From NCBI GenBank assembly GCA_965197425.1, contig CBDANC010000014.1, positions 317,662 through 381,661 of the forward strand: a stretch of 64,000 nt of DNA, read 5' to 3'. This document shows, in pieces, positions 43,571-54,415 of the stretch. Every line of letters begins with the position of its first letter. The first letter of the stretch is position 1. This stretch comes from Bdellovibrionales bacterium. Its GTDB lineage: Bacteria > Bdellovibrionota > Bdellovibrionia > Bdellovibrionales > JAUICD01. The translations under genes and the position numbers were made by a program. The notes under the pieces are model-generated. The model did not search any database, had not been told where the DNA came from, and worked only from the letters and a program-made list of their open reading frames with translations.

Positions 43571-44158
43571 TTAAGAAATTTCTAAAGAAGAGGTAAGAGT
43601 TCTTATCAACAACTCTTCTACATAAGTTCTTTTGATTTTCGGTACAAAACTAAATAATCCATCCATACACGACTTATCTAAACCACAGGGTTTAAGCTCA
43701 AACTCTAAAAAATCATTTGTTAGATTAAATGCCATTCCATGATATGTTACCCACTTCTTTGCTCCAACACCTATTGATGCTATCTTCTTATCAAACACCC
43801 AAACCCCAGTGTCCTTTGCATAAGCGTTTAACTTAAACTCTTTTAAAACCTCAATTGCAACTTGCTCCAAATTTCTCAAGTGCTTGTGAAGGTCTCTTTT
43901 TTTTAAACTTAATATTGGATAAAGTAAAATTTGCCCAGGACCATGTAAGGTAACCTTTCCGCCTCTTCTTATCTTGAAAATTTCACCATCAAAATTTTTT
44001 ACATCTTCCATATTACCAGCAGAACCCACTGTAATAACCTTTGGATGAGAACAAACAATTAGAAATTCTTTTCCCGTGTTATGAGTTATGTCCAACAACT
44101 CTAGTTGCTTGTTAAGAGCTTCTTTATAATCTATTAACCCAAGGTTTATAACTTTCAT
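43571..44158 (-). CDS. lipB: octanoyltransferase LipB
   Basis: RRGGKVTLHGPGQILLYPIL is the LipB signature. ATGA overlap with the lpd stop. Confidence 0.9.
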   Translation of the reverse strand: MKVINLGLIDYKEALNKQLELLDITHNTGKEFLIVCSHPKVITVGSAGNMEDVKNFDGEIFKIRRGGKVTLHGPGQILLYPILSLKKRDLHKHLRNLEQVAIEVLKEFKLNAYAKDTGVWVFDKKIASIGVGAKKWVTYHGMAFNLTNDFLEFELKPCGLDKSCMDGLFSFVPKIKRTYVEELLIRTLTSSLEIS

Positions 44159-45537
44159 TGTCTTTGAAATATATGAACAGGATGACCTAAACCAAGTTCA
44201 CTTGTTTCCATAATCATTTCACTTAATGTAGGATGCGGATGTATAGTTAAAGCAATATCCTCTAAGCTGGCTCCCATTTCTATTGCAAGGCAAGCTTCCC
44301 CTATTAAATTACTTGCATCAAATCCAACTATTTGAACCCCCACAACTAATCCTGTATTTTTCTGGGAAATAATTTTAACAAAACCATAATCCTCCATCAC
44401 AGAAACTGCCCTTGCATTTGCTTTATACGGAAATTTTGAAATTTTATAATCTGCCTTGTTACCCAGCTCTTTTTCACTAAGACCCACAGTTGCAATTTCA
44501 GGGTCTGTGAATATTACAGCAGGTATCACCTTGGCATCAAACACTCTATTTTTTTTGGCAATTACATCAGCTGCCAAAAGTCCTTCATAACTAGCCTTAT
44601 GAGCAAGCATAGGATTTTTAGCTACATCCCCTACCGCAAAAATATTAGAAACACTTGTTCTCATTTGAGGATCTGTTTTTATAAACCCAGATTCATCTAA
44701 ATCCAAATTTAAATTTTTTATCCAAGCTGAATTTGACACTCTTCCTACCGTAACCAAAACCTTATCAGCTTTTAACAAAAGATTACTCCCCTCTATATCC
44801 GCCGAAACCTCCACAGAAGAAACCTTTTTATCAACACTTAACGCCTTTGAATTAGTATGTATATCAACTCCCAAAGTTTTAAATCTCTTTAGGATTTCTT
44901 TACATACATCATCATCTACTAAGCCAGAAAAAAGATTGTCAGAAGCCTCCAAGACAACAACCTTAGTACCAAGCTTTGCCATATAACACCCGATTTCAAG
45001 ACCTATATATCCACCACCAATTACTATTAATTTTTTTATGGGTGTTTTTTGATTTAAGGCTCCAGTAGAAGATAAAATCAAATTCTCGTCATATTCGAAC
45101 CCAGGAATAGTACACGGACTTGATCCAGTAGCTATAATAAAATGTTTTGCTTTTATCCTGCGATCAGAAATAACAATTTCCTGAGAGTTAACAAACGAAG
45201 CTTTTCCTTTTATTACATCCACCTTGTTTGCCTTTAAAAGACTCAAAACTCCCTGCCTCATTTGATCACAAATGCTTTCCTTCCATAACTGCAACTTTCC
45301 AAAATCAACTTCCTGGCTTTCTACAAAAATACCCATTTTACTTGCATTCTCTAAACTTTTAAAAAAATGAGATGCATGGATCAAAGCCTTGGAAGGAATA
45401 CACCCTACATTTAAACAAACTCCACCTAACAAATTCTTTTCCACAACCGCAGTTTTCAATCCATGCTGGGAACATCTAATTGCAGCAGGATAACCACCAG
45501 GACCTGCACCTATTACAACAACATCATACTCTGACAC
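44155..45537 (-). CDS. lpdA: dihydrolipoyl dehydrogenase (E3)
   Basis: GTG start with GGAG upstream. VVIGAGPGGY FAD motif, redox-active GGVCLNVGCIPSKAL, C-terminal HPHPTLSE interface motif. Confidence 0.93.
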   Translation of the reverse strand: MSEYDVVVIGAGPGGYPAAIRCSQHGLKTAVVEKNLLGGVCLNVGCIPSKALIHASHFFKSLENASKMGIFVESQEVDFGKLQLWKESICDQMRQGVLSLLKANKVDVIKGKASFVNSQEIVISDRRIKAKHFIIATGSSPCTIPGFEYDENLILSSTGALNQKTPIKKLIVIGGGYIGLEIGCYMAKLGTKVVVLEASDNLFSGLVDDDVCKEILKRFKTLGVDIHTNSKALSVDKKVSSVEVSADIEGSNLLLKADKVLVTVGRVSNSAWIKNLNLDLDESGFIKTDPQMRTSVSNIFAVGDVAKNPMLAHKASYEGLLAADVIAKKNRVFDAKVIPAVIFTDPEIATVGLSEKELGNKADYKISKFPYKANARAVSVMEDYGFVKIISQKNTGLVVGVQIVGFDASNLIGEACLAIEMGASLEDIALTIHPHPTLSEMIMETSELGLGHPVHIFQRQ

Positions 45538-45562
45538 CTGTCATTCTCCGTTTAATTTGAAA

Positions 45563-46906
45563 TTACTCTATTATCATTTTTAAAGGGTTTTCTAATTTGT
45601 TTTTTAAATCACTCAAACACTTAGCTGCAACTGCTCCATCTATCAACCTATGATCTGCTGTTAGACTTATGTTCATCATATCTCTTGGAACAAATTTTCC
45701 ACATTTAAATACAGGAACTTTTTTGATCCTATATACTCCAATTATAGAAACTTCAGGATGATTTATAATTGGAGTAGCCGAAAGACCACTAATACTACCA
45801 ATGTTGGTTATTGTTATAGTACCTTCTTTTAAATCTTCTAGCTCAAGCTTCCCACTTCTAGCTTTATCAGACAAAACCTTAAGCTCTACGCTTATATCTA
45901 AAATTGATTTTTTGGCCACATTTTTTATTACAGGCACTATCAAACCATCAGGAGTATCTGTGGCAAAACCAATGTTACAGTTTTTTTTGTATATAATATC
46001 CGTATCAGTTAACGAAGCATTTATCATAGGATATTTTTTAATTACCAAAACCAAAGCCTTCATAATAAATGGAAGGAAAGTTATTTTTTTATCAGGATAA
46101 TCTTCCTTAAGCTCTGCTCTTAATTTTACAAGATTAGTTACATCTACTTCTTCTAACACAGAAAAGTGAGGTATTATCTTTTTTGAATTACTCATAGCCT
46201 GTGCAATTTTTCTTCTAATACCTATAAGCTTAACCACTTTATCTTCTTCAAAAACAGACGGCCTATCTTTTTCTAAAGAAGTTACATTTTCTGATACCAA
46301 GTTTTCTGAGGCAAAAATATCTTTAGCAGGCGTTGGCTTTATGCCCATAGCATTTTGAACATCTAACTTGGTTACACGACCCATGTTACCAGTACCCTGT
46401 ATTTTGTTAATGTCTACACCCTGCTCTCTAGCAAAGCGCCTGGTTGAAGGAGTAGCCAAAACATGACCCTCTGCAACTGGCAGATACTCCTCTCGTGATG
46501 GAGAAATATCACTAGAGCTATTTTCTACAGCAGGATTTACTTGAGTTAAATTTTCCCTATTTGATTTAGATTCAACTACTGTTTCAGGTTTGGGGGGCTT
46601 AGGGGGTTTAGGAATTTCAGACACATCAACTGCTTTCTGGGTTTCTTTTTTAGAAAGCGTGTCCTTCGAAGCTTCCTCTATAACTAAAAGTGTTTCACCT
46701 ACCTTTATTGTATCGCCCTCTTTTGCATTAAGTGTTTTAATCTTGCCGTCAAGAGCGCTGGGGATTTCTACCGTTGCTTTGTCAGTCAGCATTTCACATA
46801 ATCCATCATCAGTTTTTACACTGTCACCTGCTTTTACAAGCCACTTTACTAACTCTCCCTCTTGAACTCCTTCTCCTATCTCAGGCAAGGGAATATTTTT
46901 AGCCAT
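45563..46906 (-). CDS. 2-oxoacid dehydrogenase E2 component (dihydrolipoamide acyltransferase)
   Basis: Start moved to ATG 46906 (AGGAG 6 nt upstream; [14 protein letters not shown]...). Lipoyl domain [20 protein letters not shown] linker, subunit-binding [16 protein letters not shown], catalytic DHRLIDG. Substrate class not assignable. Confidence 0.9.
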   Translation of the reverse strand: MAKNIPLPEIGEGVQEGELVKWLVKAGDSVKTDDGLCEMLTDKATVEIPSALDGKIKTLNAKEGDTIKVGETLLVIEEASKDTLSKKETQKAVDVSEIPKPPKPPKPETVVESKSNRENLTQVNPAVENSSSDISPSREEYLPVAEGHVLATPSTRRFAREQGVDINKIQGTGNMGRVTKLDVQNAMGIKPTPAKDIFASENLVSENVTSLEKDRPSVFEEDKVVKLIGIRRKIAQAMSNSKKIIPHFSVLEEVDVTNLVKLRAELKEDYPDKKITFLPFIMKALVLVIKKYPMINASLTDTDIIYKKNCNIGFATDTPDGLIVPVIKNVAKKSILDISVELKVLSDKARSGKLELEDLKEGTITITNIGSISGLSATPIINHPEVSIIGVYRIKKVPVFKCGKFVPRDMMNISLTADHRLIDGAVAAKCLSDLKNKLENPLKMIIE

Positions 46907-47786
46907 TTTTTCTCCTTTGACTCGCAACACTTTTCATAAAGAACTCATAAGCTCTATAAGAACTCCTCACTAATGGACCGCTAGCTACATACATAAAGCC
47001 TAAATTTTCTGAAACATCCTTCCAATAGTCAAACTCCTCTGGTGTAATATACTCTACCACAGGAAGAAATCTCTTAGAAGGTCTTAGGTATTGACCAAAA
47101 GTTACTACATCACAACCCACAGAACGCAAATCTTTTAAAGCACTCAAGATCTCGCTTTTTCTCTCTCCCAATCCTAACATTAGAGATGACTTTGTATATA
47201 CATTGGATAATTTTTTAGCCTGCTCTAATACAAACAAAGATTGCCTAAAACCAGCACGCATATCTCTTACTTTGGGAGTAAGTCTCTCTACCGTTTCTAT
47301 ATTATGAGCAAACACATCAGGGGAAGAACTTAAAATTGTTTTTAGATCTGTTACAGAACCCTGAAAGTCAGGAGCCAAAACCTCCACAATAATTTTGCTG
47401 TTGTTGTTTTTAATCACCTCAACAGTCTTTGCAAAATGCAAAGCCCCACCATCTGCTAAATCATCCCTGTCAACACTAGTAAGCACCACATAATCCAAGG
47501 CCATCCTAGATACAGCAACCCCCACCTTATAAGGCTCTAACTTATCCAAAGTACCATCCAATTTAGCAGTTTTTACATTGCAAAATTTACAACCCCTAGT
47601 ACAAGTATCTCCCATTATCATGATGGTAGCAGTACCGCCTGACCAGCACTCCCCTATATTTGGGCACTTTGCCTCCTTACAGACAGTAGCCAGGCCCAGT
47701 TCTTTAAACATAGAGGATAACTCAAAATATTTGTCTTGAGAGGGAAGCTTAGCTCTTAACCATTTAGGCTTTTGTAAAACTGACAT
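46899..47786 (-). CDS. lipA: lipoyl synthase
   Basis: [13 protein letters not shown] auxiliary-cluster motif and radical-SAM [10 protein letters not shown]. Confidence 0.93.
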   Translation of the reverse strand: MSVLQKPKWLRAKLPSQDKYFELSSMFKELGLATVCKEAKCPNIGECWSGGTATIMIMGDTCTRGCKFCNVKTAKLDGTLDKLEPYKVGVAVSRMALDYVVLTSVDRDDLADGGALHFAKTVEVIKNNNSKIIVEVLAPDFQGSVTDLKTILSSSPDVFAHNIETVERLTPKVRDMRAGFRQSLFVLEQAKKLSNVYTKSSLMLGLGERKSEILSALKDLRSVGCDVVTFGQYLRPSKRFLPVVEYITPEEFDYWKDVSENLGFMYVASGPLVRSSYRAYEFFMKSVASQRRKNG

Positions 47787-47932
47787 AGAAAATCTCTTAT
47801 CCTAATCATATTAGTGTATGTCATTTTTTTAAATCTGTTTTTGTTATCAAGGTTACTCTTTAAACCTAAGCTTGGATAGTATAAAGTGCAATACCTATGA
47901 TTTGTGCCACAGATGGCACCGTATAAATCCAC

Positions 47933-50926
47933 ATGCAGAACAAATGTAACAGAGGGTTATCTGTGTTTGAAAAGATTGGTCTTATATTTAAACAAAAAAG
48001 CTTTAAGCTTTTTTTTTGTATTAGGTTTTTAGTTGTCCTTTCAGTTACCTTAAGCTTTCTTGTTTTCCCTGCAAAAGCTCTCTCCAACTACAACAGTGAT
48101 GAAAACATAGTTGAGACCGGCCCTAAAACAATGGGGCTGGAGTTTCCAAACGGCAAAACACTTCTCTATGTCCCTGACATGGAATATTCACAAGAAGAGT
48201 TCGAAAGCATAAGTGATATTGAACAAAAAACCTTGGCACTTGGAAAACAAATGCTAAAGCTACAAAACTTAGTAAATGAGCCAGAAACTGGCAATCCTGA
48301 ATATAATTTTCGCATACAAGAACTCTTTAGAGAAGACATAGAGGCAATAGTTCTGAAGGAGATTTCAGGATCTAGAGAGCTTACGCCAGATGTTCTAATA
48401 AAACATGCGAGAGAAAATTTAATGTTTTTAAATCAAAGGTTGGCTTTAGATAAAGCATTAGATCAACTTTTAACATGGCATTCGCTAAGTTATTCTCCTG
48501 GAGAAGAATTTTTACCAGATGATGTTTTACACAAAATAGAACAAAGATTTGATGGCTTAGGAGCAATTGCACAGAGCATGGCCACCACCGTTAGAGAAGA
48601 ACTTGATTTTAATAAAAGTAGAGAGCTTGTGGAAGCAGCAGCTAATTCTTTGTTTTGGACTGGAATAGAAATAGGGGAAATGGCATCAGAAAGAACAGCT
48701 CTTTCCACACGACTAACCGAGCTAAATGGTGAACTAGCAGAATCAACAAGATATCAAAGACAAAATCTTATTAATGAAAGGGCATCAGTCTCTAATAATA
48801 TCGCAATCCACACAATGTTAATCGATAACATGCTAGCTTCTCAGCCATGGTTTTATTTTTTAGATACTGCTGTTACGATCACAGAATCTGACAATCCTGT
48901 AACACTAATGGGATTTATCTGGGAATATACCAAACTCAGTACGGAACAAAATCAAAACTACGACCCAAACGAACTGGCCTTGATCACAGAAACCATTATA
49001 GAAATTGTGTTAGAACAAGCAATAGAAGCAAAAAATAGAACAAAAGATTTTATAGAAGCTATTTTAACTGATGATGAAAAGTACATAGCTCCGCTTATGA
49101 CCTTAAGGGCAGAAACTCTAGATGCGGTAAACCAAGTTCTCTTAGAACAAGAAAGCCATAACAACATTCCAACTCTTGAAGACTACAGAATGGCAGATTA
49201 TAAAATGTCACAAAGATTTGGATTTGTAGCAAATAAATTCCATGCACTAAGATGGCAAGAAGTAGCCACCGATATAGGGTTTGCTGTTGCTTCTGCAACG
49301 GCCATAAAGTTTTATTACCGGGGTGATAAACCGGTAAAAACCTATGATGTAAGGCGGTTCATTAAAAATAGGGTTACAAATAACAAAATAAGAAGGTTGT
49401 TCCCAGCAACAAGAGCTTGGGCAGAACTTTGGTGGGGCAGATTAGATAAATCACAACTTGGGAAAATAAGAAGAGACACCCCTTGGATCATAGCAGTTCA
49501 AGGCGGTTGGTATACAATCCGCCTTGTCAGAAAAACACAATATCGAACAGAACTGATCAAATTTGTTCCAGATGCTATGTGGGCAGGAGCGGCAAGTAGA
49601 TCCTATGCCTCCATGGCTCAAATAGGATATAAAGATTTGTGGCTTAATGCTGTCTTTGATGTTTTAGGCACTTTTACAATGACAAGATGGTTTAGACACC
49701 TAACTCCTAAAGGAGTAGGGAATGCTGTAGCTTACCCATTCAAGAAGAGCAAAGAATTGTTACTAGGCGACGGGCAAGGAAAAAAAGGGTTAATAGGCAC
49801 AATAAAAGCTCTTACGGATGCTATAAAAGGAAGTATTACTAAAACCTCACACTTAGTTAAGCGTTTATATCCACCTATTGTAAGATTTTGGAGAAACCGC
49901 ATAACTCTGTATTCCAAGGAAGCTGCGTTCGTTTTAGGTAGTTTATTGTTTGTAATGGATTCTCAATTGGGAAGAATGCAAAGACCAGATTTTATAGAAA
50001 CTATTACGCGCTCTTGGAGAGGAGAAGCGTCCTTTCCAGAAAAAATTTCGAAAGCTTTTGAAAATTTATGGTATGCATCAAAAGTGGCTATTTTTGGAGA
50101 TAGACAAACCCTGCTAGATACTATTTCAATCGCAGGTGTTGATGCTACATTTATATTTTTTGCCAATAGAAGAGCAATGGCCACTCATAATATGGCAGCG
50201 TTGTATGCAGGTGGAACCGCTATATTTGAATCGTCAGCTCAATTCTTGAGTGTTCGATCAGAAAATAGAAATAACTCATACTTTTCTAATCGCTCAGATA
50301 CATCCTTGTTCTCAAGGCCTCTTGATAGGGTTGGTTGGGAAAGAATTTGGGCTCATTTGGGATATGTATCTAGCTTTTCCATAGCAAAATTTTTTATAGC
50401 ATACTTACCTATCAGAACCCTGAGTTTAGGTGTACTTACAAACATACGTGCCTCTAGTAACTTGAATAAATTTAGAAAATTTGTAGGAGACAGTCGTTTC
50501 CCCGAACGCAGATTGCAATATGGACACTTACTCCAAAATGTAAATGACAAGACCATTAGAACATTGGTGAGAAATCCAGCCCTTACAAAAGCGATTCAAG
50601 AAGAAATTATCACACGTAAAAAGATCTGGTTATTAGCTGAGTTTCTAGGATCATATGCCAGCAATGGTGTTGGAAACTTCATATTTATTACAGTCGCATC
50701 AAAATTAGAACAAACTAGAGTGGAAGGACAAAGTCTAAGCCCTGAGATTATAAAGTGGACAAAAAACACTTTAGAAGAAGAAGGATTAGATCATGACCAC
50801 GCAACTTTGAATGGATTGTATGATGATGTTTCAAAAGATATAGCCATACTAAAACTCTTAAGAGCTGAGGTTGAAGACCAGGCCAGAGACAATTTGGAGC
50901 AGCCTAATGAACCAGATGCTAACTAA
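47933..50926 (+). CDS. large hypothetical membrane-associated protein (997 aa)
   Basis: N-terminal signal/anchor FLVVLSVTLSFLVFPAKA. About 400 aa of helical/coiled sequence, then a basic, Trp/Arg-rich region with several hydrophobic segments. No family recognised. Confidence 0.6.
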   Translation: MQNKCNRGLSVFEKIGLIFKQKSFKLFFCIRFLVVLSVTLSFLVFPAKALSNYNSDENIVETGPKTMGLEFPNGKTLLYVPDMEYSQEEFESISDIEQKTLALGKQMLKLQNLVNEPETGNPEYNFRIQELFREDIEAIVLKEISGSRELTPDVLIKHARENLMFLNQRLALDKALDQLLTWHSLSYSPGEEFLPDDVLHKIEQRFDGLGAIAQSMATTVREELDFNKSRELVEAAANSLFWTGIEIGEMASERTALSTRLTELNGELAESTRYQRQNLINERASVSNNIAIHTMLIDNMLASQPWFYFLDTAVTITESDNPVTLMGFIWEYTKLSTEQNQNYDPNELALITETIIEIVLEQAIEAKNRTKDFIEAILTDDEKYIAPLMTLRAETLDAVNQVLLEQESHNNIPTLEDYRMADYKMSQRFGFVANKFHALRWQEVATDIGFAVASATAIKFYYRGDKPVKTYDVRRFIKNRVTNNKIRRLFPATRAWAELWWGRLDKSQLGKIRRDTPWIIAVQGGWYTIRLVRKTQYRTELIKFVPDAMWAGAASRSYASMAQIGYKDLWLNAVFDVLGTFTMTRWFRHLTPKGVGNAVAYPFKKSKELLLGDGQGKKGLIGTIKALTDAIKGSITKTSHLVKRLYPPIVRFWRNRITLYSKEAAFVLGSLLFVMDSQLGRMQRPDFIETITRSWRGEASFPEKISKAFENLWYASKVAIFGDRQTLLDTISIAGVDATFIFFANRRAMATHNMAALYAGGTAIFESSAQFLSVRSENRNNSYFSNRSDTSLFSRPLDRVGWERIWAHLGYVSSFSIAKFFIAYLPIRTLSLGVLTNIRASSNLNKFRKFVGDSRFPERRLQYGHLLQNVNDKTIRTLVRNPALTKAIQEEIITRKKIWLLAEFLGSYASNGVGNFIFITVASKLEQTRVEGQSLSPEIIKWTKNTLEEEGLDHDHATLNGLYDDVSKDIAILKLLRAEVEDQARDNLEQPNEPDAN

Positions 50927-50948
50927 TATGTTCTAGCTATGACTATTT

Positions 50949-51917
50949 TTAGTTACTCATTTTTTTGAGTTTAGATGTAAGGTTGGGTATGAATTCTAAG
51001 GCATCTGCGACTATTCCATAATCAGCCTCTTTAAAGATAAAAGCATTTTCATCTTTATTAACTGCAACAACAACTTGACTTGTTCTCATACCTGCCAAGT
51101 GTTGAATAGCACCTGAAATTCCAACTGCTATATACAATCTAGGTGAAACAGTTTTACCCGTCTGACCTACCTGCATATGATGTGGCACCCAACCTGCATC
51201 AACCACAGCCCTAGATGCACCTACGCTGGCATTAAGAACTTCTGCTAGCCTATGTAAAAATACAAAATTTTCTTTTGCCTTTAACCCTCTTCCTCCTGAA
51301 ACTATAATACTAGCTTCTGTAAGATCCACTTTTTTTTGTTCGTCCAGGATTTCAATAAATTCCAAACTATTTGTTTTTTCAACATCTACTATTTTTGTAA
51401 CATTGGATGGTTTTTTAGAGGTAAGGTTTATTTCAAATTGATTAGGTCTAAAAGTAACTACCTTAACATCACAATTTTTAAATGTAACTTTACTGGAGCA
51501 CTTCCCTGCATAAAGAGGTTTGGTTACAAAAAAATCTTCCTTTGTTAAATGAAGGTTAGTACAGTCACTTGCAAAACCAGCTTCCTTTTTTACAGATAAT
51601 CTAGCAAAAAGATCCAAAGTAATTCCAGATACCGCACCTAAAATAATATTTGCCTTTGTCATACCCAACACATTAAGCAATGCGTTTGTATAAAAAATGG
51701 GATCATAATTTTGATATAAATCAGAATCTGACAACAAAACGTTGATTCCACAATGTTCAAGCTCTTTAGCTGCATTAGAAGATCCAGGCCCTACTAACAA
51801 CACATTTATATCTATAGAATTATCTGCATTAGAATTTAATACTTTTGAAATTACCTCTAAGGAGGCTTTTTTAAGAACCCCTTTATTATGTTCAGAAAAT
51901 ATTAAGACTTTATTCAT
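50949..51917 (-). CDS. etfA: electron transfer flavoprotein subunit alpha
   Basis: IVSGGRGLK...VGASRAVVDAGW...QVGQTGKTVSPRLYIAVGISGAIQHLAGM is the EtfA FAD-binding region. Confidence 0.9.
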   Translation of the reverse strand: MNKVLIFSEHNKGVLKKASLEVISKVLNSNADNSIDINVLLVGPGSSNAAKELEHCGINVLLSDSDLYQNYDPIFYTNALLNVLGMTKANIILGAVSGITLDLFARLSVKKEAGFASDCTNLHLTKEDFFVTKPLYAGKCSSKVTFKNCDVKVVTFRPNQFEINLTSKKPSNVTKIVDVEKTNSLEFIEILDEQKKVDLTEASIIVSGGRGLKAKENFVFLHRLAEVLNASVGASRAVVDAGWVPHHMQVGQTGKTVSPRLYIAVGISGAIQHLAGMRTSQVVVAVNKDENAFIFKEADYGIVADALEFIPNLTSKLKKMSN

Positions 51918-51936
51918 ATTGCTTAGCTTTATATTC

Positions 51937-52707
51937 CTACATTACTTTAGCTTCGTTTTTAAGAAGTTCTATTAGTTTTTCTGACATTTCATCTATACTG
52001 CCTTCAATCATCTGTACTTTTTGTCTTTTTTTAGGTGGTGTAAAATCCGAAAATTCCACCTTAGATTCCTTTAGATCAACTCCAAGATCAGTTATAGAAA
52101 TTTGTTCTATGGGTTTTTGTTTGGCCTTTAGTATATTTGGAAGTTTTGGATATCTAGGAAGATTAAGTCCTTTTGTTGCGGTAATAACACATGGTGTATT
52201 TAGCCTTACTACATGCTTAACACCACCTTCTACATCGATTTGTGCTGTTATTTTTTCTGAATAAGAAATACTACTTACATTTGTAGCACTTGGAATATCA
52301 AAAAATGCTCCCAACATAGAGCCTATGCTAGATTGGTTGTGATCTATAGACAAAGTTCCAAGGAAAATAATATCAAATGGACCTTTGTTTTTTAAAGCAA
52401 GGCTTAAAATTTTAGCTTTTAAATAGCTATCAGCAATATTAGTTTCACAATCTATCAAAACAGCATCATCTATACCCATAGCTAGTGCATGTCTTATAGG
52501 TGTAACAATGCTTAAAGCAGAGCCTATAGAAAACACAGTTGCACTACAGTTGTAGTGTTCCTTTGCCTTTATAGCTTCTTCTATAGCAAACTCATCGTAA
52601 GGATTGATTATCCACTTGGGATCTCTTGCTTCTATTTTGTCATCTGTTAAAAGAAGTTTGCTTTCTGTATCATAAACCTGCTTAACACAAACTGCTATCT
52701 TCATCAC
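51937..52707 (-). CDS. etfB: electron transfer flavoprotein subunit beta
   Basis: MKIAVCVKQV...NPYDEFAIEEA is the EtfB N-terminus. Immediately upstream of etfA. Confidence 0.9.
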   Translation of the reverse strand: MMKIAVCVKQVYDTESKLLLTDDKIEARDPKWIINPYDEFAIEEAIKAKEHYNCSATVFSIGSALSIVTPIRHALAMGIDDAVLIDCETNIADSYLKAKILSLALKNKGPFDIIFLGTLSIDHNQSSIGSMLGAFFDIPSATNVSSISYSEKITAQIDVEGGVKHVVRLNTPCVITATKGLNLPRYPKLPNILKAKQKPIEQISITDLGVDLKESKVEFSDFTPPKKRQKVQMIEGSIDEMSEKLIELLKNEAKVM

Positions 52708-52800
52708 TTAAAGGTAACACATGTATTAGTTCCTTCAAGATATTTAAGTTGCAAGAAATCTTTGTTATGCTCAATTAAATTTCATACATCAAAATTAAAT

Positions 52801-52834
52801 AAAAAAAGGTAGGCCAATTAACCTACCTTTTTTC
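52801..52834 (-). terminator. bidirectional rho-independent terminator
   Basis: aaaaaaa-ggtagg-ccaattaa-cctacc-tttttt. Stem of 6-7 bp flanked by an A run and a T run. Downstream of the 386-aa gene. Confidence 0.7.
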
Positions 52835-52859
52835 TTTTACACTAGCTTTAACTATTAAA

Positions 52860-54020
52860 TTAATTACCTGATGTTGATTGACGAATTAAATCCCCAAGTG
52901 TGTTCCAGCCTAAAGCTTCGTCATCGTCAAGATCTCCCAAACTACATTTCTCAATTTCAGCTCTGCTATCTTCAGAGTAGATATAAAAACCGTTGTCGTT
53001 GGCAATTTCTTTTAAGTTCTCGCATATCAAAGGCGTAATATCAAGTAATGCAAAGTTCCTACCTAACAAGTTATCAGATGGAGCAGCACCTATATTCATA
53101 GGCATAATTAAACTTCTGATAACTCCAAGCTCCAATGATCTAGAAAGAATCCTATCTCCAAAAGCATTAGGATTAGCAATTTCAACCAATGCTCCGTTCT
53201 GAATATGTTCATGACTGAAAGTTCCGTTTAGCCCCCAAGAATACGCTGGGATTACCCGAACTAAAGATGAAAACGGGTGGGCATCTACAACCATAACATG
53301 TGCAAGAGGGCGTCTAGTTGTCTTAGTAAACCCAAGATACCTAGAGTTACTATCACAAGGAATTCCACTAAACGAGTGTTTTATATTGTGTATCATAAAC
53401 ACATCGCCTTCCTTCACATTGGCGCGGCTACCAGTCGAAATATAGAAATGATCAGTGAAAGCGTCTGGCTTTTGCACAACCCTACTTCTCCACTCATCTC
53501 CATAGTTGTTATTTACATCATCAACAGCCTTTCTGACTCCATCCTGTAAAGCATTCCGAATAAGATCATTGATAGGGGTGGCCCTAACATGATCCAAACA
53601 TACTCCACCAGACACAATACCTGAAGCACTTGCATTTCCACAGTACAACTCACCATTCCTAACATATAAGTCAAATTGCCATTTTTTGTTTTCCTCTTTT
53701 GCCTCGGAACTTGTCCTAACGAGTTCATAATGATCTTGAGCCGCAATAGTAATTGCTGTACTCATAGACAATTTTGCAGAAGTAGCAATAAATCCTGTAC
53801 TAAAAAAACTTAAAAAACCCCTTAGCAAATCAAATCCCATAACGTGGTTATTTTCGGTAAATACCTCTAAGCTAAGTGCGGTATTATGAATTCTATAATC
53901 TGTATAAGAGTTCAAACAACTATCCATAGATGAGGTGTACCTAGCTCTATCAACCTCTGTCTGAGCCTCAGATAAATAAGGCACCACAACCAATACCAAA
54001 CATAAAAGAAATTTCTTCAT
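52860..54020 (-). CDS. hypothetical secreted protein (paralog 1)
   Basis: Signal peptide LCLVLVVVPYLSEA-Q. Collinear with 54416..55747 from DRARY(T/I)SSMDSCLN onward. No family recognised. Confidence 0.65.
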   Translation of the reverse strand: MKKFLLCLVLVVVPYLSEAQTEVDRARYTSSMDSCLNSYTDYRIHNTALSLEVFTENNHVMGFDLLRGFLSFFSTGFIATSAKLSMSTAITIAAQDHYELVRTSSEAKEENKKWQFDLYVRNGELYCGNASASGIVSGGVCLDHVRATPINDLIRNALQDGVRKAVDDVNNNYGDEWRSRVVQKPDAFTDHFYISTGSRANVKEGDVFMIHNIKHSFSGIPCDSNSRYLGFTKTTRRPLAHVMVVDAHPFSSLVRVIPAYSWGLNGTFSHEHIQNGALVEIANPNAFGDRILSRSLELGVIRSLIMPMNIGAAPSDNLLGRNFALLDITPLICENLKEIANDNGFYIYSEDSRAEIEKCSLGDLDDDEALGWNTLGDLIRQSTSGN

Positions 54021-54184
54021 AACCCCTCCCCAAAAAAATTACAAACCGACACAAATTCTACCATTCTCACAAGAGAACAGGTCAACTCTTAAAATCAATC
54101 CACTAATATTATTATTTATCTAACGTTTTGAAATGTGCAAAATATGAGCAAACAATTTCGAGTACGGCATTTAGAATGCTCTTA

Positions 54185-54263
54185 CTTCTATTTTGTCATC
54201 TGTTAAAAGAAGTTTGCTTTCTGTATCATAAACCTGCTTAACACAAACTGCTATCTTCATCAC
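54185..54263 (-). pseudogene. duplicated 5' fragment of etfB (first 26 codons)
   Basis: 54185-54426 is identical by eye to 52629-52870 (offset 1,556). The copied reading frame stops after about 30 codons. Confidence 0.75.
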
Positions 54264-54356
54264 TTAAAGGTAACACATGTATTAGTTCCTTCAAGATATT
54301 TAAGTTGCAAGAAATCTTTGTTATGCTCAATTAAATTTCATACATCAAAATTAAAT

Positions 54357-54390
54357 AAAAAAAGGTAGGCCAATTAACCTACCTTTTTTC
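54357..54390 (-). terminator. duplicate of the bidirectional terminator
   Basis: Same sequence as 52801-52834, within the 242-bp perfect duplication. Downstream of paralog 2. Confidence 0.7.
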
Positions 54391-54415
54391 TTTTACACTA
54401 GCTTTAACTATTAAA

